From: an uncultured Chloroflexia bacterium
GTDB lineage: Bacteria > Chloroflexota > Anaerolineae > Anaerolineales > Anaerolineaceae
DNA length: 64,000 nucleotides
Reading direction: 5' to 3'
Assembly (NCBI GenBank): GCA_963748065.1
Contig: CAVVHL010000015.1
Span: forward strand, 422 to 64,421
Every line of letters starts with the position of its first letter. The first letter of the stretch is position 1. The notes below the pieces were generated by a model. That model was not told the origin of the DNA, did no database searches, and was given only the letters and a program-made list of their open reading frames with translations. Below, in pieces: positions 7,822 through 18,716 of this stretch. The position numbers and the translations under genes are program-made.

Positions 7822-8651
7822 ATGATTCGAAACAAAGCAGCTGTCATTCTTTTAAATATCATCTTTATTCTAAGTTCGGTGAGTGCGTGTACATCCGCCT
7901 CCACCGAACCTTTTAGTGTCGATTCCTCGCTTTTGGAAACATCTATCCCCCAAACATCGAAAGAGGTTGGGTCACCAGAATCAATCGGGGCAGAAATTGC
8001 CAATGCCACCTCTGAACCTGAGGACACGCACTTTCACATTCCCGAACTCTATATGGATGTGAAATGGTGATGAAATTCACCTCAGGTCCACTAAAAGGAA
8101 AGAAAAGCAAATTCACCGTCCTGACTGAAGATTATTTTGCCGATAAGGGCGAACGATTTTATCCCGGTGAAAAAACTGCCGTTTACTATGAAGGCCCGCG
8201 TTACCTCATTCTTCATTCCGCTTTCGCCAACGGAAATATCCTTCGTCCCCTCGAAGCGGAATTCATCCGGTATTATCTTGAATATTGGGGGGAATCTGGG
8301 ACTGAATTCATCCAGGATCGGATCGATGAGTTGATCGGCTCCAAAGTTGAATGGACCTGCGATGGCGTGATAATTCTGCAAACAGAAATCAATTCCATCG
8401 TCCGTCTTTCGGCAACCGCATCAAATGAAATATGGGAAGATCCAATATATCTCCGTCAAATCTTACTCAAACACGAGGGTAAAGCAGACGAATGGATCGG
8501 CGAGATGGATCCTTATTTTATGGATACCTTCTTCCTCGGCTTTTGCGGTTGGGGACCAGAGGAAAGTGGAGACGCTCGTTATTATTATTATCGTTACCTG
8601 ATCAATTTCAATATCCTACCTTCGGAAACATTCACAAAATCCGGTAAGTAA
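7822..8651 (+). CDS. lipoprotein of unknown family (P2), paralog of P1; one frame break near 8058
   Basis: ORF 7822..8070 (lipobox 'VSAC') and ORF 8064..8651 join if one T is restored in 'gatgtg'. That gives '...ELYMDCEMVMKFTSGPL', matching P1 '...FYDCEMQITFTSGPL'. Confidence 0.75.
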
Positions 8652-9126
8652 TTCCCTCTTCCGTTTTCAGAATATTTTCATAAATTGCTGAGCAAATAAG
8701 ACTACAAATTTCTAGGTTATTTTCTCAGGTTTTGAATGGTTTTAATCTGTGCCATTAATCAAGATTAATGAATGATGAGTAGTAATTTTGCATATCGCCG
8801 AAAATTTCAATATAATAGCTATTTTTACTTTAATTGATAATTTCATTACAGTAACCATATACCTTTCATTACAATAAGATTAAATTCTGTTTGTAAATCC
8901 AATTTTCCAACGTGCTAAGATACATTAAGTTTAAGATTAAGAAGATAAGATTAGGTAATGATTGTTTACTTTAATATACTTATTAGTTATCAGGATAATT
9001 TAATTGAAAAAGAGGAGATGAATATAGAGAAATATTCACGAATAAATTTTAGGATGATATTTGAGAGAGTAAGACCAAGTAAATCAACGTTCACAATTAA
9101 TCATTAAATAGTAGTGAGGACTATCG

Positions 9127-12100
9127 ATGATTTATCGCGCTAATAACAAGAAAAAAATAAGCACATTTGCTTTATTGGGTTTGTTCATGATCTTCTCCAT
9201 GCTGATGACTTCCACGGTGGAAGCACAGAATTTAGGAGATGGACAAATCACAGAGACCATCGCTGTTGCGAGTCCGAATTTTACGGACACGGTTGGCGAT
9301 GGTGTAACGCCAACAGATGAAAGTACACCATCATCTACACCTACAGACTCCTCCGGACTGGAGCTGACTCCGACAGAAGGGTCGACCACAGAAACACCGA
9401 CCCTCCCCGCCGAAGTTCCAACGATAATTGAGGGTCAGTCAACCGAAGGAACCCAACCGGCTGAGGAAACTCAAACACCTGACCCGGAACAAACGGCGGA
9501 GAGCACCGAAACGCCATCCGGAAATGAAGGTTCGAGCAATCCATCAGCAACGCCCCCAGTTAATCCTACTGAGACAGTGGAAAGCACCGAAACGCCATCT
9601 GGTGATGAGGGTTCGGGTGATCCATCAGCAACACCTCGGTTGATCCTACTGAGACAGAAGATGTTACTGATCCGTCAGCGACACCTTCGCCTGATCCCGA
9701 ATCGACCGAAGCGGTCGTCACTGAAGAGGGAACTTCAACCCCCGAAGATTCCACAGACCGTGCAAGTGGTTCAATTTGGACGACCAATTCAAGCTGCGCT
9801 CCCCAGGACATCAACCATTATGATATTGGTCAGCAAATCTGGATCCGTGCTGCGAATTTTCACCATAATAAAACCTATAACTGGTCTATTACAGAAGCCG
9901 GACAGGGTTTCCCGGTTGTCGTGAGTGGAACACAGAAAACCGATAATAACGGTTATGTCTGTTTTTACGCGTATACCTTCACAGGTTCTGACACGATCAA
10001 TAATCCTTACAAGGCAAATTTTGGCTATAAAAACGACAATTTCAATGTAAACGAACCTAAACCCGAAGACAGCCCATTGGCACTGTCCGCCCAATGCCAG
10101 CTCGATGGCAAACATCAATGGTCGGTCGGCAATCCCAACGACTATGACATCAATTTTTACTGGGAATCAACCAGTGGTGAAAACGGCTTCGGATCCGTTC
10201 CTGCGAATGGAAGCACATCCTTTACAAGCGATAAAAGCGCTCAAACTGTGACCGTTTATTACCAATTCAGTGGTAGGACTGTACACAGCGAGACTGTCTC
10301 TTTATCCGTTGATGCGTGTACTGAACCGATTGATCTCCAATTGGATTATGAGTGCGGTGACGGTGGCAGTCACATCTGGACTGTTACAAATGACAACGAC
10401 TTCGCAATGGATTTCACCTGGGATTCAACCACCGGTGATTTTGGCAGCGGACAGGCTCCTGCAGGTGGAACCGCAACCTTCGAGACCGGCAGCGATGCCC
10501 AAACTGCAACGATCCATTATCAATTCCCCACGACTGTCCGGACTTGGAACCACGATCAGAAATCCGTCAGTATTTACGCTGAAGAATGCAAAGTTCAAGA
10601 AAACATCAATCTCGAACTTGATTATGAGTGCCAGGATGACGCCAGTCACCTCTGGACGGTCACGAACAGCAATGATTTCGCAATTGAATTTACCTGGTAC
10701 TCGAACAAAAATGGGCAGCACGGCAGTGACACGGTTCCCGCAAACGACACCGCCACTTTCACAACTAACAATAAAGCCCAGACCGTCACAATCAGTTATA
10801 AATTCCCTGAGAACTCTCGCTGTGGTGGTGGTTGTGGAGATCCCGACATCATCAAGCTGAGTGTCAGTGCTGAAGAATGCAAGATTGAGAACAAAGACCT
10901 TCAATTAAAATACGACTGCCAGGATGATGGCGATCATCTTTGGACAGTTACGAACAATAATGGTTTCGCCATTGAATATGAATGGACATCCAATGTGGCC
11001 GGTCAGCATGGCAGCGGCACGGTTGGTGCAAACAGTACAGACACCTTTACTACCAACAGCGCAGCCCAAACAGTGACCGTCAACTGGTCCTTCCCGAGTG
11101 GTGACCGCTGCGGCACAGGACGATGCAGTCCTGAACTCCAATCCGTCAGTATTGAAGCCGAAATCTGCAAGGTCGCCATCGTGGACCTCAGTCTCGCGGT
11201 GGAATGTATGCCAAACGGCCAACACAAATGGATCGTTTCAAACAGCAACAATTTCCCGGTCGATTTCAATTGGGAATCCACCGATGGCAGCAGTGACACT
11301 GGCATTCTGTCTTCGCAAAAGGTACGGCTTTCTTTACCACAAGTTCAATTGCCCAAACAGCAACAATCCACTGGGATGACAATGGTGAGGATAAAACCGC
11401 AACAAAATTCGATGATGCCTGTCAGGTTCCGCTTGAAAAACTGGAACTCTCCGTGATCTGTTTATCGAATGGCACCCATCAGTGGACAGTAACCAACAAT
11501 AACGACTTTGCATTAGACTTCAATTGGTCATCAACCACCGGCGAGGGCGATAGTAGAACAGTAAATGCAAACTCAACACGCACATTCACAAGCAATATCA
11601 GCAGCCAAACCGTAACGGTCAAATATACCTATGCTAATGTTGAAAGAACACTCACATTGCAGGATGAAACCTGCAGCGCTCCTGAGCTTTCACTTTCATA
11701 CATTTGTGGTTTTCCTTCGGACACTTCCCTCTTATGGAAAGTGACCAATAACAATGACTTTGCAGTTAAATTCTCCTGGAGTGTTGCCGGTGAAAGTGAA
11801 AGTGGGAGTGGATCAGTTGCAGCAAACAGTACTGCCAAATTCTATACAAGCCTCGGCAATAAAACCATCGAACTCTTCGTTTTGGGCCAAAAAGTCGATC
11901 AGGCAGATGGCGGGGAATCCTGCTATTACTGACCTGACGCTGGAATATGAATGTCTTGAAAACGGCAATCATTATTGGACCGTAAGCAACGACAATGATT
12001 TCGATCTATCCTTCGCCTGGTCATCAACCTCTGGTGCCAGCGGCTTTGAAACAGTTACTGCCCATAATTCAGTGAACCTGACGACCGACATCACTGCTCA

Positions 12101-14184
12101 GACCATGACCATCATTTATGATTATGGCGAATTACCGGAGAGGTCCATCAGCGTTGAAGCACAAGTTTGTGAAGCGCCCAGCCTTCTTTTGACCTATATC
12201 TGCGGCTATCCCTCAGATACGGAACTCATCTGGCGGGTACGGAACGATCATGACTTTGATGTATCCTTCACCTGGGACGTATATGGATCGACCGAAAACG
12301 GAAGCGGCGTCGCCGCAGCGAATTCGGATACATTCTTCACAACTTCCCTGGGTAACAAGACGGTTCGGATCTTCGTCTCCGGCCAACTGGTCAACACGAA
12401 AGCCGGTGGTTCGACCTGCAAGGTCGATCTTGAACTCGATTATTCCTGCCTTATCACTGGTCTGCACGAATGGACCGTTGTCAACGGGAACACATTTGAT
12501 CAGGAATTCGACTGGTCATCAACCTCCGGTGAAAGCGGCACATTGGTTGCGCCGGCAAATGGATCCATAACTTTCATCACCAACCGTGATGCTCAGACAA
12601 TGACGATCACCTATCAAAACTACGTACATCCTGAAAAGACGGTCTCCATAAATGGTGAGGTCTGCAAGTCGCCCACCCTCGAACTGTCCTATGAATGTGG
12701 ATATCCAACCGATGCTAATCTCTATTGGTACGTGACGAATCCTTACGACGTCGATATTGCTTTCAACTGGGAAGTCGTCGGTGATAACGAGAGCGGCAGC
12801 GCAATAGCAAAAGCTAATTCTGATACCTTATTCACCACCTCGACCGGTCTCAAGACCGTCAAGATCATGGTGGAAGGTTACGAAGTGGATTCACAGCAAG
12901 GCGGCGAAAGCTGCATGGTCAAATTGGACCTTTCTTACAGCTGCCTCAGCAATGGCACGCAGGTTTGGACGATAACCAATACCAACAAAGACGATCAAGA
13001 TTTCACCTGGACGTCAACCTCTGGCGCCAGTGGATCGGGTACCGTTCTGGCAGGTGATTCATACAAGTTCACAACGGACAACATCAGTCAAACGATCACC
13101 CTGAATTACCAGTTCGGACCTTTCCCGGCGCAAACCACGACAGCTTCAGGCGAAGTCATGTAAAGTCTCAACCCCCGAACCGCCGTCCTTCTCTTCATAC
13201 AATAGCAGTGGAACCTGCATCGATTGGCTGGTATTCCACACAATGCGTGACGGCAATTTGGAAGTCTATCGCCTGGATGGCATCGAGGGAGTCGGCGACT
13301 ATGTGCTGACCAACCTTTCCAAGAGTGATGCAGTTGACGAACGGCCAAGCCGCTCACCGAACAACGCCTGGGTTGCATTCCAATCCGATCGTGACGGAAA
13401 CTTCGAGATTTATAACACAGATAGCAATGGTAACGCTCAAATGCGGCTGACCGACAATGAAGCCAGCGACATCAACCCGATATTCAGTCCCGACAATACG
13501 CATATCGCCTTCCAGAGCGACCGCAATGGTAACTGGGACCTCTACCTGGTTGACCGGGTTTCAGGTAAAGTCACCCAATTGACCGATAACGCAACTGACG
13601 AGATCAATCCGTTCTTCTCCTCGGATCAGAACTGGCTCGTCTATCAAAGCAATCAAAACGGTAACTGGGATGTCTACATGCTAAATCTTTCAACAGGCAT
13701 GGAATACCAGGTCACTGACAGCGCTCAAGATGAAGTTGATCCCGCCTGGTCACCGACCAGTCAGAAGATCGCTTATCTGTCCCCTGTGGATGGCATCCTG
13801 CAGCTCTTCGTGATCGACATTGACGGCAATAATAATGTACAGCTCACCGATGGTAATGGCGATACCCTGAATCACGCCTGGTCACCGGACGGTACGCGGC
13901 TCGCTTATCAGTCCTCTCGTGACGGGAACCTGGATATTTACTCCTACGATCTCCGTGACGGAAAGGAATATCGAGTGACCACGGACGCCAATGATGACAT
14001 CGGCCCGACCTGGGATTGCGGTGGCGTCAACCTGGCTTACACAGGCAACCCCAACGGCGGCAATACGGATATCTTCCAGGTTTTCTGGAAAGGCGGCGCA
14101 TCAAGCCACCTGACGAACAACCCGGCCATCGATAAATGGTCAGAGTGGTCGCCAACAAAAGAGACCGCTAGCCGTAACAACTAA
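9127..14184 (+). CDS. giant secreted repeat protein (gene C, about 1685 aa reconstructed): signal peptide, Thr/Pro/Glu linker, beta-rich domain, 12 Cys-bracketed modules, TolB-like (PD40) beta-propeller
   Basis: ORFs 9127.., 9921.., 11453.., 11754.. and 13243.. form one reading frame with single-base breaks near 9633, 11305, 11920 and 13157. Protein-like sequence continues straight across each junction in the next frame. The C-terminus has repeated 'SPD....IAFQSDRDGN.(D/E)(I/L)Y' units typical of TolB/PD40 blades. Confidence 0.8.
9499..9680 (+). repeat. 81-bp in-frame tandem repeat (about 2.2 copies) in the acidic Thr/Pro linker
   Basis: Unit 'ESTETPSG(N/D)EGS(S/G)(N/D)PSATPPV(N/D)PTETV' starts at 9499 and again at 9580. 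Confidence 0.85.
10075..13165 (+). repeat. 12 tandem ~85-95-aa modules 'L.L.YEC..dG.H.WTVTN.NDF...F.W.S..G..GSG.v.AN.t.tFtT...aQTvTi.Y ... C'
   Basis: Read directly from the translation. Each module begins and ends with a Cys. From module 6 onward two subtypes alternate. Confidence 0.85.
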
Positions 14185-14212
14185 CACGACAATCACAACT
14201 CCACTATCCAAA

Positions 14213-14242
14213 TTGGGGGTGGGCCAACCCGCCTACCCCCAA
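14213..14242 (+). terminator. probable terminator hairpin after gene C
   Basis: 8-bp stem ttgggggt / acccccaa with a GC-rich interior. The T-rich run starts only 14 nt later, so this is weaker than a canonical terminator. Confidence 0.45.
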
Positions 14243-14470
14243 AAATATTAAAACGTTTTTTATTTGTTATGGGAATTTATCGGTTTTGTTATATAAACAT
14301 TTGTATTAATTGCGATAAACTGTTAAAATAAAATTAGAATAAGATTTAGATTAAAGGGAATTCAAATTCTCTTGACCAGCCAGAGTTGCACCCTAATCTA
14401 AATTCCTTTCGTGCAGCAGCTTACTTTCTGGCAGTCAACCTACTTTAGCAATAGTCCTCACTATTGGTTG

Positions 14471-14502
14471 CCAGGGACGGGATGTAAGTTTCCCGTCCCT
14501 GG
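14471..14502. terminator. strong hairpin downstream of 14542..15444 (convergent-gene spacer)
   Basis: Perfect 12-bp stem ccagggacggga / tcccgtccctgg with an 8-nt loop. No clear U-tract on either strand. Confidence 0.45.
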
Positions 14503-14541
14503 CTCGTTTAACTAAGAGACGATAAAGATATCGTCTAAATA

Positions 14542-15444
14542 TTATGCTTCTATTTCCAATTCCGTTCCAGAAAGTGCTTCAATCACACCCAGAACAGCTG
14601 AATTATCCAATTCCCGCATTCCCATTTCCAACATTGCATTGAAGAGCTGCGTATTCACGGCGGCCGATGGTAAAGAAATGCCATATTCCCGAGCTGTGTC
14701 CATGACAATGCCGAGATCTTTTGCCTGCATGTAAGCTTTGAAACCTGGATTGCGATTTCCAACAAAAAGACGCTGCGGTTTATTATCCAACGCCCAACAA
14801 GCTGCTGCACCGCCTTTGATCGCCTGGACCACCTTCTTGGGATCAGCACCCGCTTTCTGTGCGAGCACAAGCAGTTCTCCCATTGCGACCATCTGAGCAG
14901 CGACCATGATCTGATTCGCCGCTTTGGCAATTGAGCCATCGCCGAGTGCACCGACATGGGTGATCGTTGTACCGACCGCTTCCAGCACCGGTCGTATCTT
15001 TTCCAATGCCTCGGCATCACCGCCAACCATGACGGTCAGCGTGCCTTTTTGTGCGCCGACATCGCCGCCGCTCACCGGCGCATCCAACATGGTCACGCCG
15101 ACCTCCTCCAGCACCTTCCCCACTTTTCGAGCAGTTGCTGGTTTGATGGTGGAGTTATCAACGTAGATCAGTCCTTTATGAGCACCTTCAATGATGCCAT
15201 CTGCACCCAGGGCAACGAGTTCGACATCCGGGGAATCAGGCAGGTTGGTAAAAATAACATCAACCTGTTCTGCAACTTCTGCGGGTGTGAATGCTTCAGT
15301 TGCGCCTTCTGCCACCAATTCGTTCACACTTGCCCGGCTGCGATTATGCACAACGACTGGGAAGCCAGCCTTCATAATATTTCGAGCCATGGCTTTACCC
15401 ATGATACCAAGACCAATGTAGCCAACTTTTAATGTCATGATCAC
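14542..15444 (-). CDS. NAD(P)-dependent 3-hydroxyisobutyrate / tartronate-semialdehyde reductase family dehydrogenase
   Basis: 300 aa. N-terminal Rossmann motif 'VGYIGLGIMGKAMARN'. Length and 'DAPVSGG' block are typical of the HIBADH/GarR family. Confidence 0.8.
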   Translation of the reverse strand: MIMTLKVGYIGLGIMGKAMARNIMKAGFPVVVHNRSRASVNELVAEGATEAFTPAEVAEQVDVIFTNLPDSPDVELVALGADGIIEGAHKGLIYVDNSTIKPATARKVGKVLEEVGVTMLDAPVSGGDVGAQKGTLTVMVGGDAEALEKIRPVLEAVGTTITHVGALGDGSIAKAANQIMVAAQMVAMGELLVLAQKAGADPKKVVQAIKGGAAACWALDNKPQRLFVGNRNPGFKAYMQAKDLGIVMDTAREYGISLPSAAVNTQLFNAMLEMGMRELDNSAVLGVIEALSGTELEIEA

Positions 15445-15474
15445 CTTTCAAAAAATGGATGTTTGGTAATGAAC

Positions 15475-16281
15475 TTATAACCTTCGGAGGTAAGCCTTCG
15501 GGTCCTCCAAAAACGATCGATATAATACAACGTGCGATAATTCATCATACCCTACACGCTTCGGTGGGGAAAAATCAAAATCAAGCAAATCCGCATCAGG
15601 CAGCGCCATCAGGATGGGCGAGTGAGTGGCAAGGATAAACTGACCACCTTTTTCGACCATATCCTTGATCATCGCGATCAATCCTAATTGACTCAACGGA
15701 GAAAGCGCTGCTTCCGGTTCGTCCAGTAAATATAAACCATCCGGTACAAACCTCGATTGAAACAAAGTCAGGAAACTCTCCCCATGGGAATTTGCATCCA
15801 GGTCCGCGCCATAACGACTGTTCATGGAATGGATCGAGGATGCGGCGGGGAGAGAGGCTAATGATTTGGCGTACGCAGAACGCCCTTCATATTCAGTATC
15901 GATCCTCGTAAGCTCATCCTGCATCGATTCTCTCAGAGCCCGTAAACGTTTGATATAACCAAAAAAATCTTCCGCACGCAGGAAGAAGCCACGATGCGTT
16001 TTCTTATTCCACACCAACCTGAGTGCGTTAGCGAGGGGCTGAACAGGATTGAGGGTCTCGTCCGAATCAATCTCAGCGCTTCCGACCGTGATCATACCGG
16101 CGGCTTTAGCCAGCGCTTCCAACATCGTGGATTTGCCGGAACCATTCTCGCCGATGAATATCGTGATCGGTTTTTCGAAGGATAGACGCTCAAAGGATTT
16201 AACCAGAGGGATTGAAAAGGGATAAGCATCCGGAAGATCACCGGTGTCGTTCAGTCTCATTTCGCGCAAATGGATCTTCAA
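15475..16281 (-). CDS. stand-alone ABC/AAA-type ATPase (COG3910-like)
   Basis: 268 aa. Walker A 'GENGSGKST', Walker B 'LYLLDEPEAALS', H-loop 'LATHSP'. No transmembrane or nuclease partner domain. Confidence 0.7.
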   Translation of the reverse strand: MKIHLREMRLNDTGDLPDAYPFSIPLVKSFERLSFEKPITIFIGENGSGKSTMLEALAKAAGMITVGSAEIDSDETLNPVQPLANALRLVWNKKTHRGFFLRAEDFFGYIKRLRALRESMQDELTRIDTEYEGRSAYAKSLASLPAASSIHSMNSRYGADLDANSHGESFLTLFQSRFVPDGLYLLDEPEAALSPLSQLGLIAMIKDMVEKGGQFILATHSPILMALPDADLLDFDFSPPKRVGYDELSHVVLYRSFLEDPKAYLRRL

Positions 16282-16438
16282 TGTAGAAACTCCGGAGTGG
16301 TTAACTCTGATTGTGCTCTTAATTATAAACGAGTTGACCGCCCTATAAATCTACCCGGATGGTCAGCTGGTGTACAAGAAATTAAAACCCACAACAGAAT
16401 TCGTTGTGGGTTTTGAACGGATTAATCTGACAGCCTTA

Positions 16439-17098
16439 TCAGTCCGTCCGATGCACCAGCCCCTGTTCCCAGGCATAGACGGCTGCCTGTGTTCGATCGG
16501 CGAGCTGCAGTTTACTGAGGATATTGCTCACATGCCCCTTGACCGTGTTCTCGGAAATAAACAACTCGTTTGCAATGTCACTGTTAGACATGCCCCGGGC
16601 GATCAGCCGCAGGACTTCCATCTCACGGTTGGTCAATTCAGTAAATGGATTGAAAGCTGCGCCTTTTGCGCCATTGATCTCCTGGATCACTCTTTCTGCA
16701 ACGCGCGGGTGCAGCACCGCTTCACCGCGGGAAGCTTTCCGAACGGCGTCTGCGAGGTCGTCCATCATTACATCTTTGAGCACATACGAGATTGCGCCGG
16801 CTTGCAGCGCGGGGAAAATGAACTCATCCTGATGGTATGAAGTTAGAACGACAATTTGGGTTCGCGGGGTAATATCTTTGATCTTTCGAGTAGCCTCAAC
16901 GCCGCCGATACCGCTCATCACCAGATCCATCAACAACACATCCGGCAGATATTCCATTGCAGCTTCAATTGCCTCCTCACCAGAGGAAGCTTCGCCGATC
17001 ACCCTAAAATCCGGCTGCGCATCCAGATAAGCCTTAAGTCCTTGCCGAACAACTTCATGGTCATCAACAAGCAGGATGGTAATTTTTCGCGTCAACAT
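16439..17098 (-). CDS. NarL/LuxR-family response regulator
   Basis: 219 aa. Receiver domain 'ILLVDDH...LLMDLVM' plus a C-terminal LuxR HTH 'LTNREMEVLRLIARGMSNSDIANELFISENTVKGHVSNILSKL'. Confidence 0.9.
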   Translation of the reverse strand: MLTRKITILLVDDHEVVRQGLKAYLDAQPDFRVIGEASSGEEAIEAAMEYLPDVLLMDLVMSGIGGVEATRKIKDITPRTQIVVLTSYHQDEFIFPALQAGAISYVLKDVMMDDLADAVRKASRGEAVLHPRVAERVIQEINGAKGAAFNPFTELTNREMEVLRLIARGMSNSDIANELFISENTVKGHVSNILSKLQLADRTQAAVYAWEQGLVHRTD

Positions 17099-17099
17099 C

Positions 17100-18716
17100 T
17101 TATAGCTCCAACTTCCGATAAGGATATTTCAATATGATCTTGGTGCCCTGTCCTAAGCGGCTGTCTATCACGAGTTCGCCGCCAATCAATTCAGCTCGCT
17201 CCTTCATGGATTTCAGTCCCATACCAGTCTTCCTGGGCTGATCGACCTGGAAACCTTCACCATCATCGCGGATGGTCAATAACATAAAATCAGACCGGAA
17301 ATTAAAAACCAGATCGACTTTTTTCGCATGGCTGTGCCAGGCGACATTCGCCAGGGCTTCCTGGATGATCCTGAAAATTCCTTTTTCCACCTCCAGCGGA
17401 AGGCTTCGCTCACCCCGGATGTGTGTAATGATCTCAATTTCATTCCGCTTACACCAAGCTCCTGCATAATCCTTGACGGCAGCGATCAGCCCTTTGCCTT
17501 TCATCTCAACAGGTCGTAATTCCTGGATCAGGTCTGTCAATTCCTGCCTCACTTTCCCGATCAGAAGATCCGCTTCAGAAAGGTGTTGGCGGGCTTTTTC
17601 GGGGTTGCTCTCAAAGCGTGACCGGGCCGCGCCAAGCTGGGCGGACGCAGCAAACGCTTGCTGCTTCACACTATCGTGCAGGTCTCGGGCAAGCCGGTTC
17701 CGTTCTTCCAGAACGGAGAGTTCCTGGCGGCGGTCCAGCAAATTCTCTAATTGTTCAGCCATACTGTTCAGGTCGTGGGTCAGCTTCCCGATCTCGTCAT
17801 CACGCTTGTCTCTGACAACGGCTGAGAAATCCCCCCTCGACCATGAATGCGCTGCCTGGGAGACATTTGAAAAGCGTTTGGTCAGGCCGTTAGCGGTCAA
17901 CATACCAAATATGGAACCTAAAATCCCCGCAAATAAAGTGAATATCAACAAAGAACGCCCTAACGTTGATACCAGTTCATTGACCGGGAGGAACTGCCAT
18001 GGAAAACGCTTGGTTGTGAAGACGATTACACCGACCAGGTTTCGTTCGACATCCATCACCGGATCCGGGACGGCAGGGCTTGTTTCTTCGGCTGCCGTGG
18101 GTTCGAAACGAAATACCGGGATCGCGCCGACGATCCGGTTTCCGGGTTCCACCTTGGCGTAAAGTTCATTTTGGTTTTCGACGCCTTTGAGAGCAGCTTT
18201 TAATGGCGTTTCCAAACCATCGAGATAATCATAAGAAATTTGCGAACCGATGTCTTCTTCCGGCACAATATCATGCGGGATCGCATCAACAAGCGTTCGG
18301 TCATTGAGGAGATAATAAAAATTTAAGAAATCCTGGGCTTTCATCTGAAGTTCCAGATTGCCAAGGATTAACAAAGGCCGGGTTTCCAGGACGGATCCCT
18401 GAACGTCTTCAAGGTAGGCTCTTGCGCCATCGACATCGGGGGGTTCTTCGGAGAAAAATTGCTGAACTTGCGGCGTCCATTCAGCTCGCAGATTCGAGAT
18501 CAGCGTTTCGGGTGTCAGATCGAGGTTGTTGACAAAATAAGACATCAACAATATCACCAGAATCAACTCTACAACGACCAACGCCGCGACTGTGACTAAG
18601 GAATAGCTTATCGTTAGGCGCCAACGAAGAGACCTGAATGAAGTCCGTAGGTCTCGGAGAAAGAGAGATTTCCGCTCCTGTCGCTGTTTGATCCTGATCA
18701 CCTGCTGAGTATCCAT
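17100..18716 (-). CDS. membrane sensor histidine kinase (HisKA_3 / NarX-LiaS type)
   Basis: 538 aa. Two TM segments flank a roughly 200-aa extracytoplasmic region. A HAMP-like segment follows, then the H-box 'ERNRLARDLHDSVKQ' and a C-terminal ATPase 'DDGEGF...GMGLKSM'. The stop is 1 nt from the regulator start. Confidence 0.85.
   Translation of the reverse strand: MDTQQVIRIKQRQERKSLFLRDLRTSFRSLRWRLTISYSLVTVAALVVVELILVILLMSYFVNNLDLTPETLISNLRAEWTPQVQQFFSEEPPDVDGARAYLEDVQGSVLETRPLLILGNLELQMKAQDFLNFYYLLNDRTLVDAIPHDIVPEEDIGSQISYDYLDGLETPLKAALKGVENQNELYAKVEPGNRIVGAIPVFRFEPTAAEETSPAVPDPVMDVERNLVGVIVFTTKRFPWQFLPVNELVSTLGRSLLIFTLFAGILGSIFGMLTANGLTKRFSNVSQAAHSWSRGDFSAVVRDKRDDEIGKLTHDLNSMAEQLENLLDRRQELSVLEERNRLARDLHDSVKQQAFAASAQLGAARSRFESNPEKARQHLSEADLLIGKVRQELTDLIQELRPVEMKGKGLIAAVKDYAGAWCKRNEIEIITHIRGERSLPLEVEKGIFRIIQEALANVAWHSHAKKVDLVFNFRSDFMLLTIRDDGEGFQVDQPRKTGMGLKSMKERAELIGGELVIDSRLGQGTKIILKYPYRKLEL

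Noticed and set aside
9499-9680. Short tandem repeats (81-bp units here, 312-bp at 4019, 261-bp at 29574) checked as possible CRISPR arrays or non-coding satellites.
   Set aside because: All are in frame inside long ORFs and encode protein repeats. There is no repeat-spacer alternation with unique spacers, and no cas genes.
14345-14410. Interleaved inverted segments (tttagatta / taatctaaa and aaagggaatt / aattcctttc) in the convergent-gene spacer, looking like a pseudoknot or alternative hairpins.
   Set aside because: These are short, AT-rich arms separated by about 40 nt. Such matches are frequent by chance in this composition, and there is no adjacent gene whose regulation they would explain.
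15475-16281. The stand-alone ABC/AAA ATPase considered as a possible defence gene (OLD/Gabija/Septu-like or abortive infection).
   Set aside because: It has no fused or adjacent nuclease, Toprim, HNH or helicase partner. Its neighbours are a dehydrogenase and a two-component system. Short COG3910-type ATPases are common orphan genes. There is nothing in the sequence to support a defence role.
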